From Calcarisporiella thermophila CBS 279.70 (taxonomy: Eukaryota; Fungi; Calcarisporiellomycota): a DNA stretch of 64,000 nucleotides. Positions 27,527 to 40,263 of the stretch are shown here, piece after piece. Below the pieces are notes generated by a model, which did no database searches, was not told the origin of the DNA, and saw only the letters and a list, made by a program, of their open reading frames with translations. The translations under genes were made by a program, and so were the position numbers. Numbering within the stretch: the stretch's first letter is position 1; each line of letters begins with the position of its first letter. The stretch covers positions 186,001 to 250,000 of the forward strand of contig NW_027192199.1 of the NCBI RefSeq assembly GCF_041956535.1. Direction: 5' to 3'.

Positions 27527-30500
27527 TCACAAGAAAATCTGCCGATTTTTTTCAATGACTGCCCGCAACCTCATCTCTACCATCTCTGCCTCACGCCGCG
27601 CGTTAGCCACCTCACGCTCCAGAGCCTCCACAATACCCATTGAGTGCTGCTGGTCAGCCACCCCTTCCCAGGACGACAAGGACGGTTGCCTGCCATCCCA
27701 AACCCCGCCCACATTAGCTTGCTGCTGCTTGGCCGCTGATCGCCGTTTCTTCTTCCCACTACGAGTTTGTGAAGAAAGCTGTTGAGAACCGGGCGAGGTG
27801 GAGTCGAACGACATCTGCTCAGGCTTGCCCTCATGCCCTGAATGCTTCTGTTCCTCCTCTTCAGGCTCAGGCTCAGGCTCAGCCTCATTCTCCTCATGTT
27901 CTCCCTCTGATTTCGGTTCGTTAGCGGAAACTTGTCGAAGCTGCTGTCGAAGTGGAAGATGTATAGGTTGCATTTGCGCGTTGCTAGGTTCAATGATAGT
28001 AGCATTCATCGGCTCGCCAATCCATCTCTCACCGCCAGATCGATCTCGTACATCTTCACAGATAAGAAAGAAAAAAAGAGATTAGTTCAGATATTACACT
28101 AAGATAGCGCTTATAAAATCGTATATAAAACAGTGCGAAAACAGAGAAGCGAAGAAAGGACAACACCTGGAGAGAAAATAGAGTAAGTTAAATAGAGCAA
28201 ATAATTCATTCATATGCAAATCCATTTTGAAACAAATAAAGTAATGAAAATTATATATTCATTCTTTATCAAATATGTATATAAAAGAAAAATATAATTA
28301 GAACAGGGTGTATAAATATTTGTAAATGAATAGAAAAAAATTGTGAAAATAAAACTAAAGGGTGATGCGAAATTAACAAAGGGAAGTGGCAAGGTAGGGA
28401 AGAATATTAAAAGACTTGTGGAGGTTGAATTGAAAAAAAGGCATGAAAATCAATGAAAGAAAAAAATTCAAGAAAAAAGAAAAGTTCCCCACCTTGTTCT
28501 TAATCGCTCCCCCATCTCACTTCTTATCAAATGAAAAAACCTCTTCAAAATCTACGGTTTGCCATCACCGACGAAGAAGTTGGAAACCCACCTGCCATAT
28601 CATTTCTAAATCCTGCCGCAGGAGAAAAACCACCAAAATCTCCTCCTGCCGATGCTGTGGAGGCTGTGATCGAGTCAAACAGCCCTTGTTGCGGTTTATT
28701 GGACATCTGTGACATGCGCACAGACATTATAGCAGGATCCTGAAAGGGTATACCTATTGCCAGCAATCACATGGAGATTATTCCTAGAAGAACTAAATAA
28801 AAGAGATGAATTGGATTTACCTTGAGCTCCACTATATCCGTTTGCATTTCCCACCGCATTCCCATTGCCATTACCGCCCACATTTTCACTAGTAGCCTTT
28901 TTCAAAAATTGTCCAAAGAACTCATGGGCACTTGCTGCGGAGGCAGACTGTTTAGGGATACCCATCAGTCCAAACTCTGAGAGGTCAGCGGTGGGCGTCG
29001 ATGAGGGAACATCGGTGGAAGAAGGCCATACATTGGGCGATGTTGTGAAGCCAGTGCGAGAGGATGCGGTGTTCAAATTTAGGCCAGGTGGAGGCGATTT
29101 TACTAATCCCGCAGGGTCGCGTGACTGCTGGAACTGTAGAGGAATCTGTTGTTGCAGATGCGATTGTGGGAGATGATGATGTTGCGGAAGGAGTAGGTTT
29201 TGCTGTAACTGTTGTTGCTCTGGAACCATAGAGCTGGCAAGAGACTGCTGCCCATTGTTTCCAACGCCAGCCTCTCCCCACATTCCGGCTCCTGCCGCAG
29301 GATTCCGCCCAGAGCTGAAGTTTACGTCCACATTTGGGAAAAGTGCTCTGAAATCCTCCTGCTGTTGAGTTCCCTTAATTCCTGCTGTGTTGCTCATTAT
29401 TGCGTTGGCGGGAAGAGCAGCTGTGAACCCACTTGCACTCCCGGCCGGTGCGGAGTCTTGTGCAAACCCAAACCGGGACCTCTCCCCTCCAAACCCAATC
29501 CCTCCGTCACGCTTTAATTGTTGAGAATGCTGCTGCTGTTGCTGCACGTGTGAATCCTGCTCACGAAAAGGGTCAAATATTGCAGCGGCAGCGGCTGCTG
29601 AAGCAGGTTGTGTCGAATATACACTAGCAGGAGATTGAGTTTGATTTCCAATGTTTGTGGATGACGAGCTTATCCATCTAGATCCTCCTCTCACGCTCCC
29701 ATTACCATACCCATGTTTCTCACCAAAAGAATCGGTCGTAAATGGATCGAAAATGCCATTATAAGAGGTGGAAGGAAGTCTAGCTGCTAGCACCACATGT
29801 AGCAGGAATTGGTCCATCGCACCCGCAAGGAGTTGCGCTGCACTTGCCGCAAGTTCCGCAAGCTGATTGCCGAATGAAAGATTAACCAGAGCTTCACGGG
29901 AAAGAATACCATCACTTGCTGTTGCTGCTGCAGATGATGTTGTTATTTCATTTTGTTGATCAATATCCTCACCAAAAACGTATTTGCTAAGCACGACCGC
30001 GAGATCCTCAGAGGGAGCAGAGGATAATGAAGCTTGTGCAGAGTCTTCTCTTGTCTTTTTTACTGGGGACGGAGGCATAGCTTGCTTTTGTGATTGCTGC
30101 GGAGATAACGGTGAAGAAGGAGAAGTCGTCTCTGTTCTCTTCTCTTCTGCGGCTTGATCCTCATTTGACGCAGCCTCTCCGTTGGAGCTCTTTGAAGTTT
30201 CATTTGATACTGCACTTCCATTCGACGGATATCTTCGATGTGATGTAGTTGCAGTAGTTTTTTGTTTTGTTTCACTGCGTATTCTGCCTCTACTAGAGTC
30301 GGGTGTTGCAGCTCGTTGCGGTAGTGGGAATCCAGGGAAATCCTGCGTGTTAAGAGTTGGCGTAGAAGGATTACTTCCAGATCCAACCTGCTTCGCCCAA
30401 GAGGCGGTAGGTGGTAAAGCAGAGCCTAGTAGCAACAGTTGGTGTTTACATTTACTAAAATTGATTTAATTTGGCAAACTTGTGATTTACCCTCGCTGTC

Positions 30501-31779
30501 GTGTTTTTCCTCTTGACCAGGAAGGTGACGTCCTAGACGCTCTAAGTTGGGGCTATCTAGTGTTGCGGAGCGGCGTGGAACAATTGGTGATGAAATAGGG
30601 CCGGAGGCACTGGACGAGTGTCGCCCGGAAAGCATTGGTCTTGCGGATGGGTCTGCAACTTGGTGGTGATCCTTTGGGTGATGTTTTCTAAAAATATATG
30701 GAAAATCGCAAGGATGAGCAAAAATGCTCTTTTAACGGTGTAGAAGTGGACATAAGTAACATACAGAGAGGATAAATCTTCCTTGGTATAGCTGTCAGCC
30801 TCTTCACCAGGTTCATGCAGGTACATACAGCCAGGGTTTTGGCATGGCATATTACGTAGATAATTCGTACAGTACTTTGTTGTTCCATAAGATGCTCTAT
30901 ATATTATCAAGTTTCAAAGTTAGCCTTCAGCCAAAACAAATGGTCCTCAAACTAAAAAATTTTACCTTAGAATTTTGCCATCGACCACTGTCCCATCTAC
31001 AGCGGCAATAGCTCGAGCTGCATCCTCTTTTCGGAAATATGTTATGTACACGCCGATACTTGGCTGTGGAACGACACCAGGAGTTGTCGACGAAGTGGCT
31101 GCAGGGTTACGACGATTAATAACGATTTTCGATATCTTGCCATACTGACCAAAGAACTCTGGCTGTTTCAAAGTCTGCAGTCGACAATTAGCATTTTTGG
31201 AACACAATTAAAATGACATGAACATATGAGCGCGAATACAAACCTCCTCATTCGCCACCCTTGGACTTAAGCCAATGACATACACCAAATTCTTTTGCAC
31301 TACACGCATGTTCGCAAGATTTTTGCGGGATTGCATCTCATGCTCCTTCTTTTCGCGCTCTTTCTGCTTTTTTTGCTTTTTTATTACGCTCGAGTCTATA
31401 TATATATACACGCAAATACACAAGAAAGTTGTTAATCTTAATTCTGATTGACTGCAATTTAGGAAGACGAAAATACATACTCTTCAGGAGAAATGGGAGT
31501 GAATTCCACCGTCTGCTCTGAATATTCTCGCCGACATGCCGGACATAACCCATTTAGATTTTCCTTTATATGATGCCAGCAAAATCGACAAATCTAACCG
31601 CAAAATCAAAAATCATAATTTAGATAATGAAGCTACTTACAAACACGACTTAGAGAATGAAAAAAACTCTTCAATACCTGATAGCCGCAAGGACACGGGC
31701 GAAAACGCCTATCAGAGATGTCCAATTCCTCCATGCAGAGGGGGCAGATGTAATCTTCATCATCAGAATAATGAGCCAT
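27527..31779 (-). CDS. NOT4: CCR4-NOT E3 ubiquitin ligase Not4/Mot2; short form ends at 28545, possible distal terminal exon 27527-28053
   Basis: ATG at 31779, MAHYSDDEDYICPLCMEELD...PCPCGYQ (RING); RVVQKNLVYVIGL and FFGQYGKI (RRM); GTTKYC...CMYLHE (CCCH); FQDPAIMSVR. Confidence 0.93.
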
Positions 31780-32582
31780 CTTTGACGTATTGAAAAAAAA
31801 CTAATATAGGCAGAAGATATCAATCTAAAAAAAAAAACGAAGGCAAAGTGAAAATAACTATAGTAAGAGTTTTAACGTTAATCAAATAGCAAAAAAAATA
31901 TATATATAAAAGGGCAACAACAACAACAGCAATATTTCTACTGATGGAGTGTTTAATCAGAAATTGAAAACGAAAACGAAACGAAGAGAAAAATGAAGAT
32001 AAAATAACTTCAACAAGGTGACGTCTGAGGATGACATAATCATAAAAAAATTTCATTTACCATTTATGCCCTAAGTAGAAACAGATGTATGCAAAGGTCC
32101 AAGGGTGTATACAAAGATATGCATTATGATTTATTATCACCATAAAAATCCGTATACACACCCAAGAGTTAGGTATACCCACAAATAAAACAACATGCAC
32201 TAATTTAAAACGAATAAAATATAAATAATTAGTGAAAAGAAAAGTAACGGAATATGTAATAATAATAGCAGAAAAAGAGTATTGGTAATTGTATTAGTGC
32301 AAAACAAAAAAATATAAGTAACAGTAGGAGAATATTATATAAAGTATATAAAATAAAAGGATCATACTTAAAGGAAAGAGGTTGAATGAGAAAAGAAAAA
32401 AAGAATAAAGCGAATCTGTTCAATGGAGAATATCGTTACAAAAAAAAATTATTCCAAATGGTAAAATAAGAGAAAACTGAAATATAAAGGAAAAATTATG
32501 CTTTAATCTTTTTATTTTTTTGCTTTCAAGTTGGTTCAATAATTGTACCATACCTAAAGCTATTCATGCACGCATCCTTAAT

Positions 32583-35500
32583 TTAATCCTCATCATCCAC
32601 CTCATCTTCCTCCACATCATCTTCTAACTCCTCCACCTCCTCACCTAAATCTTCACCCAGATCATCAACCAAATCTTCACCCAAGTCATCTCCCAGATCT
32701 TCGTCTTGTTCGTCGCCAAAATCTCCTGCCAACTCCTCCTCGCCCTCTTCGCCTTTCGACGGTAATTCCTCCTCCTCTGTGTATACCCCCTCATGTTGCG
32801 CTGCGTGATATTCTTGCGTCTCACGTGCATACCGCTCCTTATCTCTCCGAGCTTTTTCTTCCCAAGGTTCTCTCTCCTCAGCGCTCATGCTGCGCCATTG
32901 CTCGGCAATTCTTTTACTTATTGGTCCCACCGTACTCCCAGGTAGTTCCGCAGCTATAGCAGGGCGCATTGCAGAAAGGAAAAAGAAAAACCCAGACATC
33001 GGGTGTTTGGGTGCTTTAGGATCCTTTGCGCGTCGTTTACGCCTTTTAAGTAATTGCTGTGAGTTAGCTGCCGCATTATGTTGTGAACCAGCCGTGGAGG
33101 ATATTCCACCAGATGCTGGCGGGGATGCCTCGAGTTCATCAACTTCCTCATCATCCCCTAATCCGCCCCCGCCCTCGTCGAGCTCAGAGGCTCCAATCCG
33201 CCGCTTCCGGCCCAGTTTAATCGCCATTTCCGCCTTAGTCCTACGACGAAACACATATCCTGGATGCTCTGACAGAAAGTCTTCTTTCAATACTCGCGCC
33301 TGCTGCATGTATATTTCTTTCGTAGCTCGATCCATCGACCGCCATCGTGTGGAGATCTCACGACTTAACTCTGCAACAGTCATGTTCGGATTTTCATCGA
33401 GAAGTTTATGACGCATCTCGCGATTAAATAACAAGTAGGCATTCATTGGTCGCTTGAGGCGTTCTGGTTCGTCGCGGAAAAGAGCGTCAGAGTCCGAGAC
33501 CGTGGATGTGGGGAATGTTGAACGTTTAGCGGTAGCTGCAGCTGGAGTAAAGCTAACAGGTCCCATGCCTGCCACCATCGCAGATGAAGCTGGCGGCGGT
33601 GGAGCAGGCCACAGGACTGGTTTCGATATGGTACTAGTCTCGACTTTCGAGGACGAATTTTCGGCAGCGGGGGTAATTTGCCGCTCTTGTAAGGGCTTGC
33701 TCGTAGAAAAGCTAGGTGTTTGCATACCAAGTTTCGTCGAGCTATTCAATCGACCTGAATATTCCTCTTTCTGCATCTATATTATGAGAATTATAATAAG
33801 ATTAATACTCTATTAAGTTGCATCAACATAAATCATAAAATATTGTTAGAGATGCTTCATTACCCTATCCATATTTGCCCACTCATGGCTAAGAAGCTTG
33901 CTAATCTCCATCAATTGCATGGTTGGATGTTCACGTTCAAGCTGCGGCCGGCGCTCGGATTCAAAAAGTTGAAAAGCTGTCACAGGGAGTTGCGTGTTAT
34001 CTCCACCCGGCTCTACAACATTGGTGGTAACTGGATGGGCATTGCTGACTGAGATCGGAGACACTTGTTCATTGAAGACAGTTCGCCGAGACGTACTCTC
34101 ATCGCCACTCGCCGTGGTTGAAAATATTGGCTGTATAATCGGTTGCTGAGGAGATAATCGCGGTTGAAGCTGTGGGGTACGAATTGAATGAGAAGCCTGC
34201 GGAGAAGATTGCGTGGTAGTTGATGAATAAACTGGGCTAGGCCATTGGTGCTGTAATTGAGGAGAAATTTGCTGTGGTTGAGATAAAGAAGGTAAAGAAG
34301 GTGGTGGATGTATAGGCTGCGGTTGGTGAATCGAGTGAAACGACACTACATTCTGCGCTGTAGTCTGTCGCCACGACTGCTGCGGTCGCTGTTGAGGTTG
34401 AAATGACGGTTGGGGTGAAGGAAGCGATATGGGGATATTTTGCGGATATTGCTGCGGTTGCGAAGTTTTGATTGTGCTGGTGGTATGGTGAGACATATTT
34501 TGAGGAAACGTTCGATAATTCTCTTCCCCCTCAATACCTGTAGAGTAGCTTTGCCGGAGCGAGACGCGGTTAGCAGCCATACCCTCTGCAGCCAAATCAT
34601 CCGTCTCGGCATTGCCAAACACCTGGCCAGCATCGGGAGCAGTTTGATCGTATATCGCAATTGGTTGTGAAAATCGCTTTTGATTTGTTGTAGCGCTGAA
34701 TGCGGAAAATGGACGCGCGGGAGAAACATAAATTCCGCTTACATCGTTCTTTGCCCCCGACCCTCCCCCAATTCCTCGACCGTTATCTGAAATTCTTTGT
34801 TGAGCTGACTGATCAAACACTGGCAGAGTTGCCTGTCCAGCTACAGGACTTCTATAGGTAGCAGGTGTTCGACTTGAAAATCCTGAGTTCATATTGACTG
34901 GTGTTTCATAAGTGTCACTCACAGTCTGCTAAATGGGTATCGTTAAATGTCAAAAAAATTAATAATCTCTTTCTCCCTAACATAATAAATCGTATATTTG
35001 CGATACCTCCTCCTCCTCTCCGATTGCCACTCCTCTCTCCAGGTTTTCACCTACACCAACATTCTGCATAGCTCCTATATTTGAGGATATTCCTTCGAAT
35101 CCTGTCCCTACCACGCCTATCTGCCCTGTTGTAGTACCATCTGGCGTCTCCATTCCGATCCCTCCTGTTGTAGATATGTGTGGCCAATTTTTTGCTGTGA
35201 GGCCTGAGGTACCCAATCCTGACGGTACATTTCCTATAGTATACGCCAATGGTGTATGTATTGCTGTAAATTGTTGCTGTTGATTTGCTTGAGTATATTG
35301 CTCCTTCGGTGAATATGAAAGACTTCGTTGCTGCTGCTGTTGTAATGGCGACTGGCGCTGAGGTTCTTGTTGCAGCTGTTTGGGTGAAGGGTGTTGTTGC
35401 ATTTGCGATTGCTGCAGACTTGAATGCGTTGACTGTGTTAGAGAAATTGGGGATATATTTGAAGTTTCGGATGGATGTTGCAAGGTTATCGAGTTAGCAT

Positions 35501-35927
35501 TCCCACCCCCGGCACTATATCTCCCTGCGGTTCCTCCGACTGATGGGTAAAATGACGATAACCCTCCTGAGGTACCAGTCCCGCCCGACGAACTATAGAA
35601 CGGTGTAACGAAAGCATCCCCACTCGACAACTTAACAGCATTTTGCGGTATGAAAGTATTTCCTTGGTCAAAATTTGATGCAGCATTATAGGACGAACGC
35701 ACGGAAGAAGAGCCAAACGAGCTCGTAGCAAATGTCGATGGTGTCGGTTGTGTGTTCGTGGATGGTTGCTGCGAGGGTGAATGAACATTATGTGAATATC
35801 GCGGGTAAGGTTGGTGAAATGTAGTGGAATGAGTTGGACTTTGGGATGCAGACTGCTGCGGTAAAAAGTGGGTGGTGGAATGGCGTTGTGCGTGCTGCTG
35901 TTGAGTGTAGTCTTCCTGGTAGGACAT
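32583..35927 (-). CDS. Protein with three HMG boxes, long Q/S/P-rich N-terminus and acidic tail, 3 exons
   Basis: Box1 PVTAFQLF...HEWANMDR|MQKEEY; box2 KRPMNAYLLF...HPGYVFRRR; box3 DPKAPKHPMSGFFFF...DKERY. Confidence 0.88.
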
Positions 35928-36556
35928 AATTTGGTGCGAAAGAAGACGCGAGGCGCAATGGATATTATTAGATCAACGCGTCCTGCTATCTGCGCCGATA
36001 GCCAGCATAAAATATAGGAAACTGAATATAAAAAGGGAGAGAAAGTCAGATTAAGTAAAAGAAAAGGTGATCAGCCCACAAAAAAAAGAGATTAATTTTG
36101 GGTTGTACTTCATCAATAGTGTGATGTGATCGAGGTCATTATTTTACAGTAAATGAAGATTGAAATTAAAATAATGACAATTGTCCGTTATTTTTTAATA
36201 ATAGATAAAATAACAGAGTTAATACACTAAGCAGTTGCGTATATTAGAAGAGCGAGCTATTATAAAACGATTTTTCCTTTGTGCAAGAAAAAAATTTTTT
36301 CCTACTTGCACAAAACGTTATTGAGCGCTGCGCCACGATATCAACTTTAAATTGATGAGAGCCAATTCAGTGTGATGAAATAGATATTTGATTTGATCAA
36401 AATATTAATAGCATGGGATAAAAAGTTATATGGAGGATATGAGTATATAAATAAGAAGTAAATCCATTCGATATATAAATAATTATTAAATAAATAAAAC
36501 TGAAGGATTTAAAAAATCCCTTTCTCTCATTGGCATATATATAGCTATTACTCCAC

Positions 36557-39500
36557 CTAATCCCAATTAGCTCCTCCAGCTAATTCGCGCAACACTCGCC
36601 CTGAATCCCACCGCCTACCCGGATCAACTTGCAAAAGCCCATTCAGAATCGTGGCGACTTCGTCTTCCTCCACTCGTGGTACACTCCACCCCGCAAACCC
36701 AGGCTCCTGGCCATCACCTCCGTCCCGCACTCGGTTCCATTCGCCTGCAAGCATGGCGCTCGCCTCCTCGCCATCAGCAAAGAGAGGCTCTCGTGTCCAT
36801 ATTTCGTATAATATACAGCCCAAGGACCACATGTCCATTCTGGGACTCGCCACGGACTCATTTTCGGCGTCAAAAAGAGCTTCGGGTGCGCTATAACCAT
36901 TGCACACTTTATCCGTGGGTTCACCGACAAAGCGTGCATGCTGGAATGATGTTACTTTCCAGGTGGTTACATCGGAGTCCTCACTTAGGAAAGCAGCAGT
37001 TTCCAGTGCGAGGTGAACGATGCCCTTCCCATGGAAGAAAGAGAGCATTTGAGCAAGCCCCTAAGACGATAAAGTAAAATATACACATCGGTAAATATTT
37101 CTCCAAGAAAATGAAAAAAAAAAAACTGATAGGAGAATAACTTACCTTGGCAACTAGCCGGAAATACATCATTTCATCATGGGTCAGGTGTGGTACCTGA
37201 TCCATCCGATACATGGTTGGCTCTGAGACAATGACATAGGGTAGCACTGCAGCACCATGGGCTAGTTCAACTGCATCCACCATCTCCATCACATATGGAG
37301 ACTGCAGGTACTTTCGGAAACTAACCTCGCGATTAAAAGCCATCTCAACCGCATAAAACTCCAATGAAACTGTTCTACCCGAGGTATGGTGTGCGTGTCG
37401 AAGGAGAGCACCGTTGGAAAGGCGGATGGGTGGGCCTTTTTCCAATACATATTCCCCAAGAATAACTGTGTTCTCCGGGGCGTGTGGGTGTGATTCTTTG
37501 GCCTCCTCAAAAGTAAGACGGGTTTGACGACGCTGAAGATAACGTGTCTCTAATTCGAGAGTGGACGCAACAAAACCACCCATCGCGGCCGTAGCAAAAG
37601 ATATACTCGAAGATGTAACTGGTGAACGAGTCATAGAATATGCATCTCTCGAGAAACTCCCACGGGTGGGTGTAAGCATAGGAGCGTTCTCACTAGCAAA
37701 TGATGGTCTTGTTGAACCAGCACCAGAAAGCCGTCGCCCCTGGTTATTGTAATTGTTGAGAGGAACCTCCTCCAGCTGAAGTGAAGCTGTCTGATGTGAC
37801 CGTGGATGTTCGGAAAATTGCGCGTGTCCGAATGGGATCAACTGGGGAGAGGGCGGTATAGAAAATTTCTCCTGTACTGCTGTTCCATTTGACTCACGCT
37901 GCAGTGCACGTGCCGATATAGTGTCGGAGGCCCGGTCATTCTCCTTTCGCACAGTCAAGCTATTATTCTTCCGCCGATTAAACAAGAGAAATAGCCCAAT
38001 AATAAGTGCGATGAGGGCAACTCCTCCTACGCTCCCACCTATAATCGCGGCAAGATTAATACCACTCTCAGCATTTTGCTTCTGGGAAGCCGAATTTCCT
38101 GCATTTCCACTCCCATTGCTGTTATTTGGAGAATTTTTCACTTGCGAAGAAGTATCTGAGTCCCCGACTGAGACGATCCATTCTTGCCTTGTTGTATCAT
38201 ATGAATACGCCTGCTCAGAAAGCTGGTTGGAATCGGCTGGTATATTAAAGAGTACAAGCGAGTTTCGAACGGACACTGCCCGAGCACGAGTCAAAGCTCC
38301 CGCTGGAGGAGCCACGTTTAATGTTTGCGCCATGGCCGATCCAGCTCCACCCGTGTCAGATGTGGCGGCGGGAATTGTATTCAGCCCCCCAGTTGCCGGA
38401 TCGTAGATAGCTACTGCACCACTTCCACCGACATCCACAATATACATCTTGTCGCCGATTTTAGCCCCTACACTAGTTGAAAAGGTATTGGTTCCAACCT
38501 GCTTGATCTGGCTTTCCCATGTGGAAGACTTGATATCATATGAATAAATCGTGAGGGTATTAGGAGGAGGCGAGGGATAATATTTCCCGGCTCCAAAAAT
38601 ATATGCTTTCTGCCCAAATATACCAACGGAAGAGAGAGGTGAGATTGTCTCTGGTCCTTGAGGGGTATTGTTCTGCACATTAAGTGTCCAAGATTTTGGA
38701 TCGAGGACGAACACTTTGGAATTACTAGAACCTCCAAAGATTATAATTTTATCGTCAGATGTCCATGTGGCCGTTATATTGGTTGTGTAGTGGAGCTCAC
38801 TCACGGCTGACCCCTGCACAGGAGGTGATTGGCAGAGAGCCTTCTTTTGAGTATCGTAATAGTATAGGTATCCTGTGTCTTGACTTTGCGACTCTCCAGA
38901 TGGCTGCGATTCTTGTCTTTTCATTAACCGATGGTTATGCATACGAATTGACCGCGCGCGCTTAAACCTTGCTTTTCCACTCTGTGTCTTACTTACTAAA
39001 CTTCTTCGCCGCAGTTTAAGTCTCATTCTTCTCTCTTCATCTTCGTAATCTTCGCTCTCATCATCTTCATCACTACTTTCACCCCCTTCTCCTTCCTCAC
39101 CACTATCAGTGGAAGATGGAGTCGGATTCACACTACTCGCGCGTTGTGTACTGACATCGCTATAAGGTGTCACAGTGGAGGAAACGCTCGTAGTCGAGGA
39201 GCTGGTAGTTGAATCGAGAGCAGAGGAAGTGATGGTTGTTGAAAGAGAAACTGCAGTCGGGGACATAACTGTCGAACTTTGAGGTGCTATAAGTAGGAAG
39301 TGTTTTATTTTAGAAAAAATCCAGCCAATTATTCATCTTCCACGAACTATAACCTACCACTTCGACAACTCAATGCATCTTGATTAACAGAATATGCAAA
39401 TTCTCCCCCAAATATGTAAATTCTTCCATCATTTCCTGCAACACACACTGCATTAGCTGGTGATCTTACGGGAATACTGCCAATCTTTTCCCATGGGACG

Positions 39501-39715
39501 GACTTCGAGTTAAAAGGAGGAGAAACCCTATATGCTGAAAATTCGCCTGTTTGACTAGTTTGACCAAGGGACCAGATGGATGGAGTTTCGACACCATTTT
39601 CGAGGAATACAACACACGGAGGTAGAGGAGATGGCTGTGAAGATTGTGCCAAACTCGTGGGAAGGAATATGAAAAAGGAAGAAAGTAAAGCCAGTGCCCC
39701 AATCCGATGCATCAT
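36557..39715 (-). CDS. Receptor-like pseudokinase: signal peptide, Kelch-like ectodomain, TM helix, kinase fold; 3 exons
   Basis: Signal MMHRIGALALLSSFFIFLPTSLA; Kelch-like IYIFGG/IIIFGG/AYIFGAG; TM AIIGGSVGGVALIALIIGLFLLF followed by NRRK; kinase subdomains YSAPE and DMWSLGCILYE. Introns ~39289-39357 and ~37061-37145 keep frame. Confidence 0.82.
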
Positions 39716-40263
39716 TGTATGATTCTGAGCCAAAATGTGTATTGTGAATAATGTATGATGATGCTCTGTATCAGAGCTATGATAATGGCTTCAGAAAGCT
39801 ATCGCGGAGTCGATATTAGATGATGACGATAAGAATAAATAAGGGGTATAATATTATTTAAATAATAAAGAAGATTCACTTTCAAGTCATCTCACGTTCC
39901 CGGTTCAATATTGGAGAGTATAAAAACGGAAGTCGAGGCTCGGTAAGACAGCCACATAATTTCGACACTTTAAGCTCATTACCAAAATGAATATTGAACC
40001 GCGCACAAAAGGGGTAATGAAAAAAAAAAAATAGCAATAATATAAAAAGGATGCTTTTTTGAAAATCCACCACCAGGACTTAAATAGTTCAACTTCAAAT
40101 GCAATTAAGGGACCTTTCTCTATTTTTTGGAGCAAACTATTTTCGTGGCCTCACTGAAATCCCCCATCACTAAATATAAAATTTAGGCAGAACGAATAGA
40201 TTATAAAGGGAGATATATGTTTTGTCGAATATTTGATAATGCCTACAATTCCGTGTGATCGCC

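Noticed and set aside
32583-35927. Mucoralean sex locus (sexM/sexP HMG gene)
   Set aside because: The protein is long with three boxes, and the flanks are Not4 and a pseudokinase, not the triose-phosphate transporter and RNA helicase expected.
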